From: Glycera tridactyla
Lineage: Eukaryota
Direction: 5' to 3'
DNA: 64,000 nucleotides
Assembly (NCBI GenBank): GCA_965644265.1
Contig: OZ286461.1
Span: 28,024,001-28,088,000 of the forward strand
Shown: piece by piece, positions 25,441-37,785 of the stretch
Layout of the letters: each line of letters begins with the position of its first letter
How positions within the stretch are numbered: position 1 is the first letter of the stretch
Translations under genes and position numbers: made by a program
The notes under the pieces: model-generated
The model's database searches: none
What the model saw: the letters and a program-made list of their open reading frames with translations, nothing else
What the model was told of the DNA's origin: nothing

Positions 25441-25752
25441 AATTATAAGACCCTCACAAGCCCCATCCCAATCACCAGAGAGCACCACAAAAAGCATTTT
25501 CCCTAATCGGTAATGAGTTGAAAGTTCGACAAAGCCTCACAAAGATTCTAATATTATCAAAAGTATCTTACGTGCATTTGGGCCAAAACATAGGAAAGAA
25601 TTACGAGAATTATTGGACCTTCACAAGCCCCATCCCAATCACCAAAGAACATCACAAAAAGCAATTTCTCTAGTCGGCAATGTGTTGAAAGTTCGACAAA
25701 GCCTCTAGTATTATCAAAAGTATCTTACGTGCATATGGGCCAAAACATAGGA
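25441..25752. repeat. About 160-bp imperfect tandem duplication
   Basis: Copies at about 25441 and 25606 share cacaagccccatc and ttgaaagttcgacaaagcct. Confidence 0.9.
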
Positions 25753-25960
25753 GAGATGTGGACTCTTGAAGCTTCAAGGATGCACAGCTCTACCGAATAT
25801 TATTATTATAAAGCTGAGTGAACTTGCTGAGGATTGCAGAGAATATCTACATCTAGTCATCAAGTGAATTAGACTCAAAACAGCACGAAATCGTCAGATA
25901 TGATACCAACCATAATGAGATCTTTCGGACGCTGACATATGTTTTTCCTTCATCTTCCAG

Positions 25961-26131
25961 TACAACACCTTTGAGCAGCTTTGCATCAACTACACCAACG
26001 AGCGTCTGCAGCAGTTCTTCAACCACCACATGTTCGTACTGGAGCAGGAAGAGTACAAGAAGGAAGGTATCCACTGGGAGTTCATTGACTTCGGTATGGA
26101 CTTGCAGGCCTGTATCGAGCTGATCGAGAAG
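25961..26131 (+). CDS. Mhc: Exon W8, relay helix ([25 protein letters not shown]...ACIELIEK)
   Basis: tccAG / GTgagt, 171 nt, phase 0-0. Confidence 0.97.
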
Positions 26132-26174
26132 GTGAGTCAACTGAAATACTTAATGCAATAAAATGCTTTGAACA

Positions 26175-26452
26175 CATAGCTTAGCAATATAGTAAACTTC
26201 TCCGCATTCCATAGATGATTCTTACTTCAAATATTTACAGTGTATTAGTGCATGTAGGTGATGGGGTGTATGAGCCGACCCTTAGTTCTGATCCCCATCA
26301 TCCTGAGTTCATAGATAAATCTTCACCAGAGTTTTTAATCATTTTCAGCTCATAGCTGAACAATGTAGTAGACTTCCCTACTTTCCATAAATGATTATTA
26401 CTTTAGATATTTACAGTGTATTATCGCATGTAGGTAAAGGTGTGTATGAACC
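26175..26452. repeat. About 100-bp imperfect direct repeat, 176 nt apart, ending just before the W9 acceptor
   Basis: Shared atatttacagtgtatta...catgtaggt. Confidence 0.85.
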
Positions 26453-26461
26453 CATTTTCAG

Positions 26462-26768
26462 CCCATGGGTATCCTCTCCATCCTTGAGGAGGAGTGCATG
26501 TTCCCCAAGGCCACTGACGATTCCTTCAAGGCCAAGCTGTATGAGAACCATCTGGGCAAGTCCAAGAACTTCGGTAAGCCCAAGCCAAACAAGTCTGCCA
26601 AGTACGAGGCTCACTTCGAGCTGTACCATTACGCCGGAACTGTCGGCTACAACATCAGCGGATGGCTCGAGAAGAACAAGGATCCCATTAACCAGACTGT
26701 TGTCGGAGTTCTCCAGGCTTCCAAGGAACCACTTGTAGCGTTCTTCTTCGCCGAAGAGAAGGCAGAAG
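26462..26768 (+). CDS. Mhc: Exon W9 ([12 protein letters not shown]...FFFAEEKAE)
   Basis: ttcAG / GTgagc, 307 nt, phase 0-1. Confidence 0.97.
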
Positions 26769-27018
26769 GTGAGCTGTCGTAATGATTGGGCCTGATCCAT
26801 ATAGAAGACACAATCAGAACTGACACGCAGGCNNNNNNNNNNNNNNNNNNNNNNNNNNNNNNNNNNNNNNNNNNNNNNNNNNNNNNNNNNNNNNNNNNNN
26901 NNNNNNNNNNNNNNNNNNNNNNNNNNNNNNNNNNNNNNNNNNNNNNNNNNNNNNNNNNNNNNNNNNNCCCACATTCAGTCTCAGATACACATACATGTAC
27001 TTAAGACACACAACCACA

Positions 27019-27019
<1 letters not shown>

Positions 27020-27078
<59 letters not shown>

Positions 27079-27080
27079 CA
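27020..27080. repeat. (CA)n/(TA)n microsatellite
   Basis: Direct reading. Confidence 0.95.
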
Positions 27081-27242
27081 CTTACACATATGCATGTATA
27101 CCCATTCACACGACGATTTATTACTCGCAACGAAAGGATACATTCACTCGCCATCCTACCCAATTTAGTGGGATCCAGTTTTTGGAAAAAACGTAGTTTC
27201 CTTTTGGTCTAATGATGATGTCTCTCTTCACCTGTGTTACAG

Positions 27243-27319
27243 AGGGCGCCGGTGGCGGCAAGAAGGGTGGCAAGAAAAAGAAGGGATCCGCTATGCAGAC
27301 CATCTCAGCCACTCACAAG
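27243..27319 (+). CDS. Mhc: Exon W10, loop 2 (EGAGGGKKGGKKKKGSAMQTISATHK)
   Basis: tacAG / GTacat, 77 nt, phase 1-0; missed by ORF track. Confidence 0.95.
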
Positions 27320-27672
27320 GTACATATACTTATTGGCACAAATGTTCACCTTTGATCATACCATGTTCACATTGCCAGTTAAATGAGATCTCAGAGATAT
27401 AAAAAAATCTGTATGGAAGGTGTTGTACACAGTTGACATGTACTCGCACAAACACACATATACGATAAGGAATATACCAAGTCTAACTTCAAAGGGTGAT
27501 TACCATTAAAGGGTAATTACCATTAAAGGGTAATTGCATTCATTTGCCGGTCATGAATCTATGCTCTGTATCTGCTAGATGATATTTGTTCCGCATGGAT
27601 GATTAGTATCACATCCGGGGGGAAGACTTTCATGATGTTCAACACATTTCCGTCACATTCTTCCTTGAACAG

Positions 27673-27760
27673 GATCAGTTGAAAAAGTTGATGCGGAATT
27701 TAGACACCACTCACCCGCACTTTATTCGGTGTGTTATACCAAACTTGAGGAAACAGCCAG
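27673..27760 (+). CDS. Mhc: Alternative exon W11a ([29 protein letters not shown])
   Basis: aacAG / GTaaaa, 88 nt, phase 0-1. Confidence 0.88.
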
Positions 27761-28177
27761 GTAAAATTGCAGACATGTAGCTAGTATGCTCCATCCCTAT
27801 CTAGTATCTAATGCTCCAAATTGCCATAGATTCCGACATAGATAGGGCAATATTATTCATGGTGCAGCAACCTTTCGGTACTATGTACCCTAAACACACT
27901 ATTTCTTGTTCTTATAGACATTTTCTTTCAGTTTTAGTCGGTTCCGTGGTTAACACAACCAGCAATATTTGTAACCGATAATCCTAACTTTCAGTTCATT
28001 TTTCTTTCAGCAGAGTACGTTTATCATAGCAATGTCTGATAATGCTTGGTGTATGTACTAGATGGACTCCCGATATGATTTTGTAACATTCATACCTCTA
28101 CTCCATATTAGATTGTTGAGCGCTCATCATTTCAAACGAGTACCTATAATGATAATCATGAGTGCAATAATGATAAT

Positions 28178-28215
<38 letters not shown>

Positions 28216-28699
28216 TCACTGGATATCGGATGGGTAGAGGCATGACAAGCCTTATTCATTGGAAGCATGTCCAATAGGCATGTAACCGTCCTATAGACAT
28301 GTGTCACTTAGGATACCCTGACACATGAATACCCAATATCAACCAGGAAAGTGCATTCTGATTTATGCTTATGGCATTCCGATTCTGATTGTTCAAGCAC
28401 AGAATGCTTTCCATAAAGGGAACAGCATCCCTTAGGATATGATGCTTTGAAACAGATCAACAGTTCGCTTCCTCAAAAAAAAAAACCCAGTTCGCTTCCT
28501 CGCTGCTGTGACTGACCATATGACGGCAGACGGTATATTACTGGCCACAATAGGTGACCTTGAACAACACCTGCAGTATCCAGTCCAGAGCCCCTCTAGT
28601 GAGTTTGAATCCACCTGCTGGTGGCTTTCAGCGATTCCTTAGGATCCCCACTCAACATTTCTTTTGTTTTTGTTTTGCCTTCGAACTTCACCAAAACAG

Positions 28700-28787
28700 G
28701 AACAGCTGAAAAAGCTTATGCACAACTTGTACACCACTCATCCCCACTTCGTGCGTTGCATCATCCCCAACGAACAGAAACAGCCAG
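28700..28787 (+). CDS. Mhc: Alternative exon W11b ([29 protein letters not shown])
   Basis: aacAG / GTaaaa, 88 nt, phase 0-1. Confidence 0.95.
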
Positions 28788-30407
28788 GTAAAACCAGTTC
28801 GTCAGCGGACCCTTCTGAGCACCTCCGAGTGATATCACCGATGCCAGCATGTGTCTGGCATAAAACCCTAAACGAAATACAAGCCACCTTTGACTCACAT
28901 CCTATGACACTACTTTTGCCCCATTTCACCCTTTACGACCCCTTCTCTGTGTTTCCTCAAACATCGGAATCGATGATCTGACTTCAAGCAGCGAGTGTGG
29001 ATGTGGAATATAGACGATAGAGAATGCTACCCGATACACCTGCCCCTGTGATCCTACGCAATCTGAATTCCCGATTTGTCAGCACGATTTTGGACCCTAC
29101 CTTGTAGCTGGTCAGCCATTGTACCTACCACACCGTTTTGGATTTGGATTGAATTTGGTGTATCTGTACCTTACCACTCCGACACCAAATCATACCTCCT
29201 CCCAAAACGATCGACACACCCCCTAGTAGGTCGTCGTTTTGAGTAAAGATCTATGCTAACCTGTTTTCTCTTTCAGTTCTCACTGTCATGCATGCCCACT
29301 CAACCACATGTGTACCATGTCAACGAGTACCTTTTTCCAGGAGTTGTACCTCAGTCATATCCGTGCCCTCACCCTTACATGATGATAATTCCAACTCATG
29401 ATCTCACTATTCCACCACCACGAGTGACTACCTTTCACTGCAGACGGTTTCATTTCTTCCCACGTGGAAATAGCTCATGACATAAGGCGATAAATGTTTG
29501 GAAGACTTCTTTACTGTTTTTGTTACTGTTGCTGGCTCAAAAGCACTTTCAAGGCTACATGATGGCAAAATTGCTTAAGAATTGTGACAAATCCTATCTC
29601 AGAATGAAATATATGGTGCCTGATATTGTATATTCAGGCCATCTTCCCAGGGGTAAAAATGCCACCGTCAAAGTGATTATGGTTCCCTCTTATATTCTTC
29701 TTCATTGCAGTGTGGACCCAGCCAACAAGAGTTATCCCCTCAAACTAACTCTTAGACCAGTACATTCCCTTCATGTTCGACTTCCATTGACCTGATTGAA
29801 CTTTGAACATTCATCTTCGAAGTGGACCCAATGACTGAGTTGCCATCCAAAATTCTCCACGCAATAGCAATCTGTCACAATATACTGGAAATATACTGCA
29901 AAAGTCAGTATTCATCTCTGGATATACATTTAGGATGCAATTTTCTTAGAAAGAAAAAGATGCAATGTTCTTGATATAGGGACATAGATGAGAGATATTG
30001 CCAAAATTTTGAGGTGAGCTCGATCGTTGGTGAATTACCCTCATTGTGCAGTTGGTGAATAATCCCCTTGATCCCCATCGTGAAAATGCTCACTTCAAAC
30101 CCTGGCCATAGCGTGGACAGTTTCATCGGCCTCGGAATATCTATGGGTCACTTCCAATTTGAAAAGAAACACCAGACTGACACTGTGGGCCACCATTGGA
30201 CATGGCTCAAAGTCTAGTCTGTTGTTTTTACGTGATTACCTCCCCTTTGAGCGACGTAGACCAGAAGACTACGGCTGTCAACCGACGTGTTATTGTGACC
30301 CCAACCATCGGCACCACAACCACCTTCCACCCCCAGCGAGTGTTCTCTTTCTCTCTCTCTCTCCAGCTAACCAACTTCTTATCTACCTGAATACTGATCC
30401 CCTCTAG

Positions 30408-30495
30408 GAATCATTGAAGAAGCTGATGCATAATTTGCATACGACGCATCCTCACTTCGTTCGTTGTATTATCCCCAACGAAACCAAATCACCAG
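30408..30495 (+). CDS. Mhc: Alternative exon W11c ([29 protein letters not shown])
   Basis: tctAG / GTaaac, 88 nt, phase 0-1. Confidence 0.93.
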
Positions 30496-31455
30496 GTAAA
30501 CGTCCCCACCTCCTCCTTTGCACCACCAAATACCCAAACCACCACACTGGATTTTCTCGACATGCACTTCCTCCACATGATCAGAAGATCAATTTCAGTT
30601 GAGTCTGGATGTTCTTGATATTGAAAATAAAACAACTGGTGGCACTTTGCTCTAATTTGGCGAACATTCAGACATTATTGAAAATGATCTATATGTTTGA
30701 AGAACACCGCTTGGGTCACGAGTGCTCAATTTGCACACACAAATTGTCGGGAAAAGAGGTCGAGAACCGAACCGAATCTTGTTTGTTCATTATTCTGCCC
30801 ATTGATTCAAGACCGCACAGGTGTTCTGATAACGACCGTCTTTTGATTGAATCATTCTCTTTTTTTTTTCTTCTCTTGATTTTACTTAAAACCTGCAAGC
30901 TGTCGACCCAAATTTAAGATGATCACCTCTTTTCCATGATTGTGCTCGAGGAACCCCACCCGCATGTTTTATCAGAATGTCATCTTTTTACCTCTTTTTA
31001 CCACTTTCTTCATCAAGAATGATCACAATTCGTCCACGACGGATGATGTACAACTTCTTGACTTTACCCATAACCTAGTTTCCTTCCAGGTTGCTCTTTG
31101 GAGAAGTTGTCTATTGCAGAATGAACTCCAATTGACCTGTTACCTATCACCCTTGTTCTGATTGAAAATTGAGTGTGTTTCCATCAACTGTATTATTCAT
31201 TTCTCTTTGTCGTTTTTTGTTCACCCTAGTCATGTTTTTTTCCATATACTTTCGGAGTTATTTCTTTGATATGATTTTATCCAATCCCTGTTTTCTCTGT
31301 CGGGCCAGACAGCACTTGTTTCGCTAGTTAAGCACGTGCTGTCTTGCCTAATGTCTTCCTCTGCATCTCTCCAATGTTTTTTCTTACTTCGTCCACTTAG
31401 CCAATCCATTTTTCATTTTTTTCCTCTTTGCCTGTCACCATTCTACATCATTTAG

Positions 31456-31543
31456 GAATCATTGCTCAGACTGGTTGCCACTCTGAGATCCACCAACCCG
31501 CACTTTGTACGCTGTATTATCCCTAACGAGCTCAAGCAACCAG
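31456..31543 (+). CDS. Mhc: Alternative exon W11d ([29 protein letters not shown])
   Basis: tttAG / GTaatt, 88 nt, phase 0-1; missed by ORF track. Confidence 0.92.
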
Positions 31544-31805
31544 GTAATTGATGTACTTCAGTGGAATACACCCAGATGTATCATGCTCAAGTGAAAGCTG
31601 GTCTCCATATACAGCCCCTGCACCAACAGGGATCACGCTATGGATCCGGTTTCCCATTAGGATGGAAACTCCTCGGTGTATTCTACATTTATGTCACAGT
31701 GATTGGATGTTCAGTTGACAAAGAGCGGCAAAATTCAATATTTTTTTTCAGTTGTTCATTCTCAAATGGCAATTGAATACTTGATCAGCTGACTTCCATA
31801 AAGAG

Positions 31806-32056
31806 CTCGAAATTAACATCCGGCAGCTCGGAAGTAACATTGGGCAGCTCGGAAGTAACATTCGGCAGGTCGAAAGTGAAATTGGGCAGCTCGAAATTAA
31901 CATCCGGCAGTTCGGAAGTAACATTGGGCAGCTCGGAAGTAACATTTGGCAGGTCGAAAGTGAAATTGGGCAGCTCGAAATTAACATCCGGCAGCTCGGA
32001 ACTAACATTTGGCAGCTCGGAAATAACATTTGGCAGCTCGAAAGTAACATTCGGCA
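31806..32056. repeat. 21-bp minisatellite with 84-bp higher-order unit
   Basis: ggcagctcggaagtaacatt variants recurring in groups of four. Confidence 0.92.
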
Positions 32057-33392
32057 AAATTGCCCTTTGTCAACCTTGATGTACAGGCATCACTCGTGAC
32101 GTAATTGTACATTTACAATCTGACAAGAGATGTGTATAATTTGGCGTGATTACTCTCTGACTTTAACATCCCTTGACAGTCTGAGTGAATCGGGTGATGC
32201 TTAACACAACTGAAAAGAGAGGAAACTTTTGGCTATTAAGTGAAAAAAAGGGAGCTTAGTAGATCCAGACGCTATCAAATCATGAGATGACGTGACCTAT
32301 AAACTGATTGCAGCATCTCGCCCAACCAGATCTCTTCTCTCGTGAATGTCACTAGTGTGACCCTGAGAGAAACGGAAGTGATCACAAAATCGACAATGAC
32401 GACGTTCATAAAAAGATCAATCTCGTCGTTGTCTTGATTGCCTTTCACTCACCTTACATTACCAGTATTGGAATTCACCCCTTTCAGGCTGTATCACAAG
32501 TTTTGGGCTTCTGTTTACAATACAGTTTGTTCAGGGTGAATTACAGTAGCTAAACTACTATACCCCCGCCCGTACGCCAGGTAGTCTAGGTATCACACGC
32601 GTGCGGTTCCCACCTCTTTTTTTCCCTAACCCATCACTGAAAATAAATCTTCCTCATGAATACTATCAGTACAATGCAGCGCATAAGAAAAATCGTGAGT
32701 TCACATTTCCTTCTGGATTCATCGATTCCAAGTGACAGAAAATGGCATACTTCGAATAAACGCTTCTAAATTTGGTAAGGGATATCGGCTGTAGAGTCAT
32801 GTATATTCCTGACAAATGGCAACTATGAAAGAGGTAGTCTGTATATGTCTTGTTTTATTCAACACCTCATCATGGTGAGCCACATTTCATGACCAGACTT
32901 GAAAGTATTCGTGACTTGGCAGAATTTATTTTCAGTGTCTCCGTAATTTAAGATCAAACTCATCAAACCACATGGGTCATAAATAATGAGTCTCGAGCTT
33001 TCATCATGAGAAAAAAAATCAAAGTGAATAGCGCGACTCAATTGGTATTGAGGCCAAATGATGACACATTTCTTGACGTCACTCCATGAAGTGACGTCAC
33101 ATTCTAGTGTGGATTTGCTGGGTTTGTCCTGTCTTCTCTTCCATTTAGTGGTGCAGTGATAGTAGCTGAGGTCAAGATACGATGTTCACCATAAGTCTGT
33201 GGTGATGATCATCCATAACGTGTGCTCTCTCACGTGCGGTGTCTATGGGATACTCCTCTCTTTCTCCATCTCTCTCTCTCCGACAAGTGACTCTTGACTA
33301 ATCCATGATCTGTTTTCCATATTCCTGTGTGCCTGCCTACTTCCCGTGTGCCTACTCTTCCATCCTACCACACCCCGTCCGTGTGCATGTAG

Positions 33393-33480
33393 GAATCTCT
33401 TTTAAAATTGATGGCTAACCTCCGGACCACAAATCCACACTTCGTCCGATGTATTATTCCCAATGAGAACAAAGAGCCAG
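33393..33480 (+). CDS. Mhc: Alternative exon W11e ([29 protein letters not shown])
   Basis: tgtAG / GTaggt, 88 nt, phase 0-1. Confidence 0.92.
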
Positions 33481-33984
33481 GTAGGTTGGGCCGGAAGGCC
33501 CAGGCGGTAACTAACATATACTCCCTATTATATCCCCTATTTTCACCCCATTTTATTAATCCATCTATAATAAGATATCCAGGATTGAGGGACTTACGTA
33601 GATTGTAGTGACTTCACCGTTTTTGTCGTGACTTGTAGTTTTCCTTCAATTTTTTGTACTTTCAAGTTAACGTGATCCCTATTTGAGTTTTTGTCACCCC
33701 AAATATCCACCCAAACTGTAACATTCCAAACCCTATAAAATCAACAATGGTGTAATATGAATGGGATTGGGGCCAGGCGTGCAGTATTGATTGCAACCCC
33801 TAGAGGTGCAAGAAGGACATCATCAAGGCCAGGCAAATGCAATGTCTACATCCAATGATTCATAAATATCTGATGTTTTCAAACGTGCATATCTTTATCA
33901 CATATCTGCTTCTGAAAATCGGGGTTACTCACAGCCGAATGGGTGCTGATAATTCACAAACCATCATCTTTTTCTCAATCGGTG

Positions 33985-34173
33985 AAATACTGGCCGCATT
34001 AACACTATCAAAAATATTGGCCGCATCAACACTATCAAAAATATTGGCCGTATTAACACTATCAAAAATATTGGCCGCATTAACACTATCAAAAATATTG
34101 GCCGCATTAACACTATCAAAAATATTGGCCGCATTAACACAGTCGAAAATATTGGTCGCATTAACACTATCAA
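33985..34173. repeat. 27-bp minisatellite x7
   Basis: aaaatattggccgcattaacactatca. Confidence 0.95.
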
Positions 34174-34639
34174 AACCGGCGGGTGATTTCGACAAACCAT
34201 CACCAACTGCGAATGATTTCTTTGATTTTCACGAATGGCACGAAAGAACCTGTATATGCAAGATATGTGAAATCATCAACCCTCCTATCAAAGAGAAGAA
34301 TGACCAAAACCTATTCTACATACACATGCTAGTATCAATCCGAGAGTGAAAATACCGTGTCAGAGCATTAAAGTTGGTCCTGCGATCAGAGAGAAAAATG
34401 ACCAAAACCTATTCTACATACAAAAATTCCAGTAGCAATGCCAAAGTGGAAATGCCGTGTCAGAGCATTATAATGAACATTTTCATATTGATATCGAACA
34501 ACAATTGTTCACACATTGTTTGGCCGGAAAGAGCAGGAAAATTGTCTACAGAAAAGAGAGAGATATTTGCTGTAGGAGTAGTTTGATGTCATCATTTGTA
34601 GAGAGTGTTGTATTTATGTTGGTGATCATCTTTCCTTAG

Positions 34640-34757
34640 GTATGATCGATGCCGACCTCGTACTGAATCAGCTCCAGTGTAACGGTGTGCTTGAGGGTAT
34701 CCGTATTTGCCGAAAGGGATTCCCCAACAGGATGATCTACTCCGAGTTCAAGCAACG
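34640..34757 (+). CDS. Mhc: Exon W12, SH1-SH2 helix ([40 protein letters not shown])
   Basis: cttAG / GTaagt, 118 nt, phase 1-2; missed by ORF track. Confidence 0.97.
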
Positions 34758-35666
34758 GTAAGTAGCAAGCAAACCACCGTTATATCTCTTTGATGAGCTT
34801 GCTAGAAAAATGACCGTCAAACGGAACAGAACATCTGTATCATATTGGGGACAAAGTGTGAGAGTTGAGGTGAAAGCGTGAAGTGAAGAGGGGCGGGGGG
34901 GGGGGAGGGAGAGACAGTGAGAGATATGGGGAGAGAGGGGGGGAGGTAAGGTAAAGGATAAACCAATGAATGAGAGAGATCGAGGGAGAGAGTGTGTNNN
35001 NNNNNNNNNNNNNNNNNNNNNNNNNNNNNNNNNNNNNNNNNNNNNNNNNNNNNNNNNNNNNNNNNNNNNNNNNNNNNNNNNNNNNNNNNNNNNNNNNNNN
35101 NNNNNNNNNNNNNNNNNNNNNNNNNNNNNNNNNNNNNNNNNNNNNNNNNNNNNNNNNNNNNNNNNNNNNNNNNNNNNNNNNNNNNNNNNNNNNNNNNNNN
35201 NNNNNNNNNNNNNNNNNNNNNNNNNNNNNNNNNNNNNNNNNNNNNNNNNNNNNNNNNNNNNNNNNNNNNNNNNNNNNNNNNNNNNNNNNNNNNNNNNNNN
35301 NNNNNNNNNNNNNNNNNNNNNNNNNNNNNNNNNNNNNNNNNNNNNNNNNNNNNNNNNNNNNNNNNNNNNNNNNNNNNNNNNNNNNNNNNNNNNNNNNNNN
35401 NNNNNNNNNNNNNNNNNNNNNNNNNNNNNNNNNNNNNNNNNNNNNNNNNNNNNNNNNNNNNNNNAGAGCTAGAGATACATAGAGAGAAAGAAAGGGAGAG
35501 GCAATCAGAGGAAGAGAGGTTAGGATTTCAATGATATAGTCTACTGGAATGAGCCAAACCGTCACTGAGCAATATGGCCGAGGTATAAATACTTGGCAGT
35601 AGGAATGAATAAAATACCAATACCAACTTGGAATAACGTGTCTATGTTTCCTTTCTTTCCACACAG

Positions 35667-35924
35667 TTACTCCATTCTGGCCCCCAACGCCATCCCATCT
35701 GGCTTCGTTGACGGCAAGGTCGTATCTGAGAAGGTCTTGGCTGCTCTGCAGCTCGACCAGAACGAATACCGCCTGGGTCACACCAAGGTCTTCTTCCGTG
35801 CTGGTGTCCTCGGTCAACTTGAGGACATCCGTGACGAGCGTCTTGCTAAGATCATCTCCCTCTTCCAGGCTCATATCCGAGGCTACCTGATGCGCAAGAA
35901 CTACAAGAAACTCCAGGACCAACG
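35667..35924 (+). CDS. Mhc: Exon W13, converter and first IQ
   Basis: acAG / GTatgt, 258 nt, phase 2-2; YSILAPNAIP...TKVFFRAG...QAHIRGYLMRK. Confidence 0.97.
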
Positions 35925-36024
35925 GTATGTACCCACTCAAAGAAACCTGACCACCAATGGCGGCCTGAGTGGAAGTTTGGAACATTCCATCAGTGTGCCA
36001 TGCATTACAGCACATATCAGTTAC

Positions 36025-36025
<1 letters not shown>

Positions 36026-36076
<51 letters not shown>
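36026..36076. repeat. (CAAT)n microsatellite
   Basis: Direct reading. Confidence 0.95.
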
Positions 36077-36077
<1 letters not shown>

Positions 36078-36475
36078 TCTCAAAACGAACAATGATTCAA
36101 CCAGCCGATTCCTGAATCAAAGGGTATCTCAGATAATCATACAGGATCGTATTAAAGTCGAACTTGTCCTAAGGAAGACCTTCACTAGACATGAACTTGT
36201 CCGTAGCGCACAGTTTGGACTCACCCCCTGGCCTCATTCCTAGGACACGTTCCACTATACATAGAAATATATCCTTCTTTTGGCATGCTTCAACGATTTT
36301 ACGCAAAACATCCACACGCATACACATGGAACTTTTGGGTAGGTCTTTGCAAAGAAACCAGAGTCATCACACAAGACATACATAACCCCAGGGTTGATAC
36401 ATGCCGCTGCTCCCCAAACAAACAAACAAACTGCTAGAATGTGAATTGAGTCTTGTCTCATTTGGCTGTTTTCAG

Positions 36476-36737
36476 TACCGGCCTGAGCGTAATCCAGCGT
36501 AACATCCGTCGTTGGCTGACCCTGCGTAACTGGCAGTGGTGGAAGCTGTACACCCGCGTAAAGCCCCTGCTCTCCATCGCCCGTCAGGAGGACGAGATGG
36601 CCGCCAAGGCTGCCGAATTGGACAAACTGAAGGAGGAATTCACCAAGATGGAGAAGCATAAGAAGGAGCTTGAGGAACAGAACGTCACTCTTCTCCAGGC
36701 CAAGAACGACATCTATCTGCAACTGCAGGCCGAACAG
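36476..36737 (+). CDS. Mhc: Exon W14, RLC-binding region / head-rod junction ([14 protein letters not shown])
   Basis: ttcAG / GTgggt, 262 nt, phase 2-0. Confidence 0.97.
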
Positions 36738-37072
36738 GTGGGTTGATTCGCGAGAGGGCACTTTTTCATTGGTAAAGCCGATTGTCCATCTAGCGGAAAT
36801 GAACATTGATACTAAGGCCAACAGTGACACATGATGCACAAATGACAAACGTACCTTTATCACTGTGATGGTACAGCATTGGAAGTATTCTGAAGTACTG
36901 TAATCATCGATTTCCTATTGACCTTACGAAATTATTAGTTGGTAACATCATGTTCGATACGGAATATCCCACTTATTACAATTACTCAGTAACACTTTTC
37001 ATTCGAGAATGTCCAGAATTATTTTGAATCCACATATTCTATTCTGCCAATAGATGGCCTTGCGATATTGCA

Positions 37073-37225
37073 CTTGTTTGTTGCTAAGTGACTGGCTTTG
37101 TGGTGTTACACTTATTCGTTGCTAAGTGACTGGCTTTGTGGTGTCACATTGGTTCGTTGCTAAGTGACTGGCTTTGCGGTGTTACACTTGTTCGTTGCTA
37201 AGTGACTGGCTTTGTGGTGTTACAG
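37073..37225. repeat. 38-bp tandem repeat x4 whose last copy is the W15 acceptor
   Basis: ttgttcgttgctaagtgactggctttgtggtgttaca(c/g). Confidence 0.93.
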
Positions 37226-37785
37226 GACAGCTTGGGTGATGCCGAGGAGCGTATCTCACAGCTGGTCAACCAGAAGGGCGATATGGATGAGATGATCAAG
37301 GATTACGAGAAGCGTCTTGAGGAATCCGAGGGTGGTGCCGAAGCTCTGAATGAGATGAAGAGGAAGCTGGAAGACACCATTGGCAACCTCAAGAAGGACA
37401 TCCAGGATGTCGAGCTCAACCTCCAGAAGGCCGAGCAGGACAAGCAGAGCAAGGACAACCAGATCAAGACCCTCAACGACGAGATGGCTCGCCAGGATGA
37501 GTCCATTGCTAAGCTGCAGAAGGAGAAGAAGAACGGCGAAGAGGGCAACAAGAAGCTGGCTGAGGACCTCGCTGCCGAGGAGGACAAGGTCAACCACCTC
37601 AACAAACTCAAGCAGAAGCTGGAGAGCAACATTGATGAGCTGGAAGATAACTTGGAGCGTGAGAAGAAGGTGCGTGGAGATGTCGAGAAGGCAAAGAGGA
37701 AGTTGGAGAACGACCTTAAGATGACCCAGGAGACAGTTGAGGAGTTGGAGCGCATCAAGAGCGATCTTGAGGGCAACGTCCGCAA
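37226..37785 (+). CDS. Mhc: Exon W15, S2 coiled coil
   Basis: tacAG / GTacgt, 560 nt, phase 0-2. Confidence 0.97.

Noticed and set aside
33074-33099. Two TGACGTCA (CRE) palindromes; another at 52811
   Set aside because: 8-mers deep in introns with no promoter context; may derive from repeats.
25961-35924. Extra copies of relay (W8) and converter (W13) exons, as in Drosophila exons 9 and 11
   Set aside because: None found by eye in flanking introns; gap 34998-35464 is the only place a converter variant could hide.
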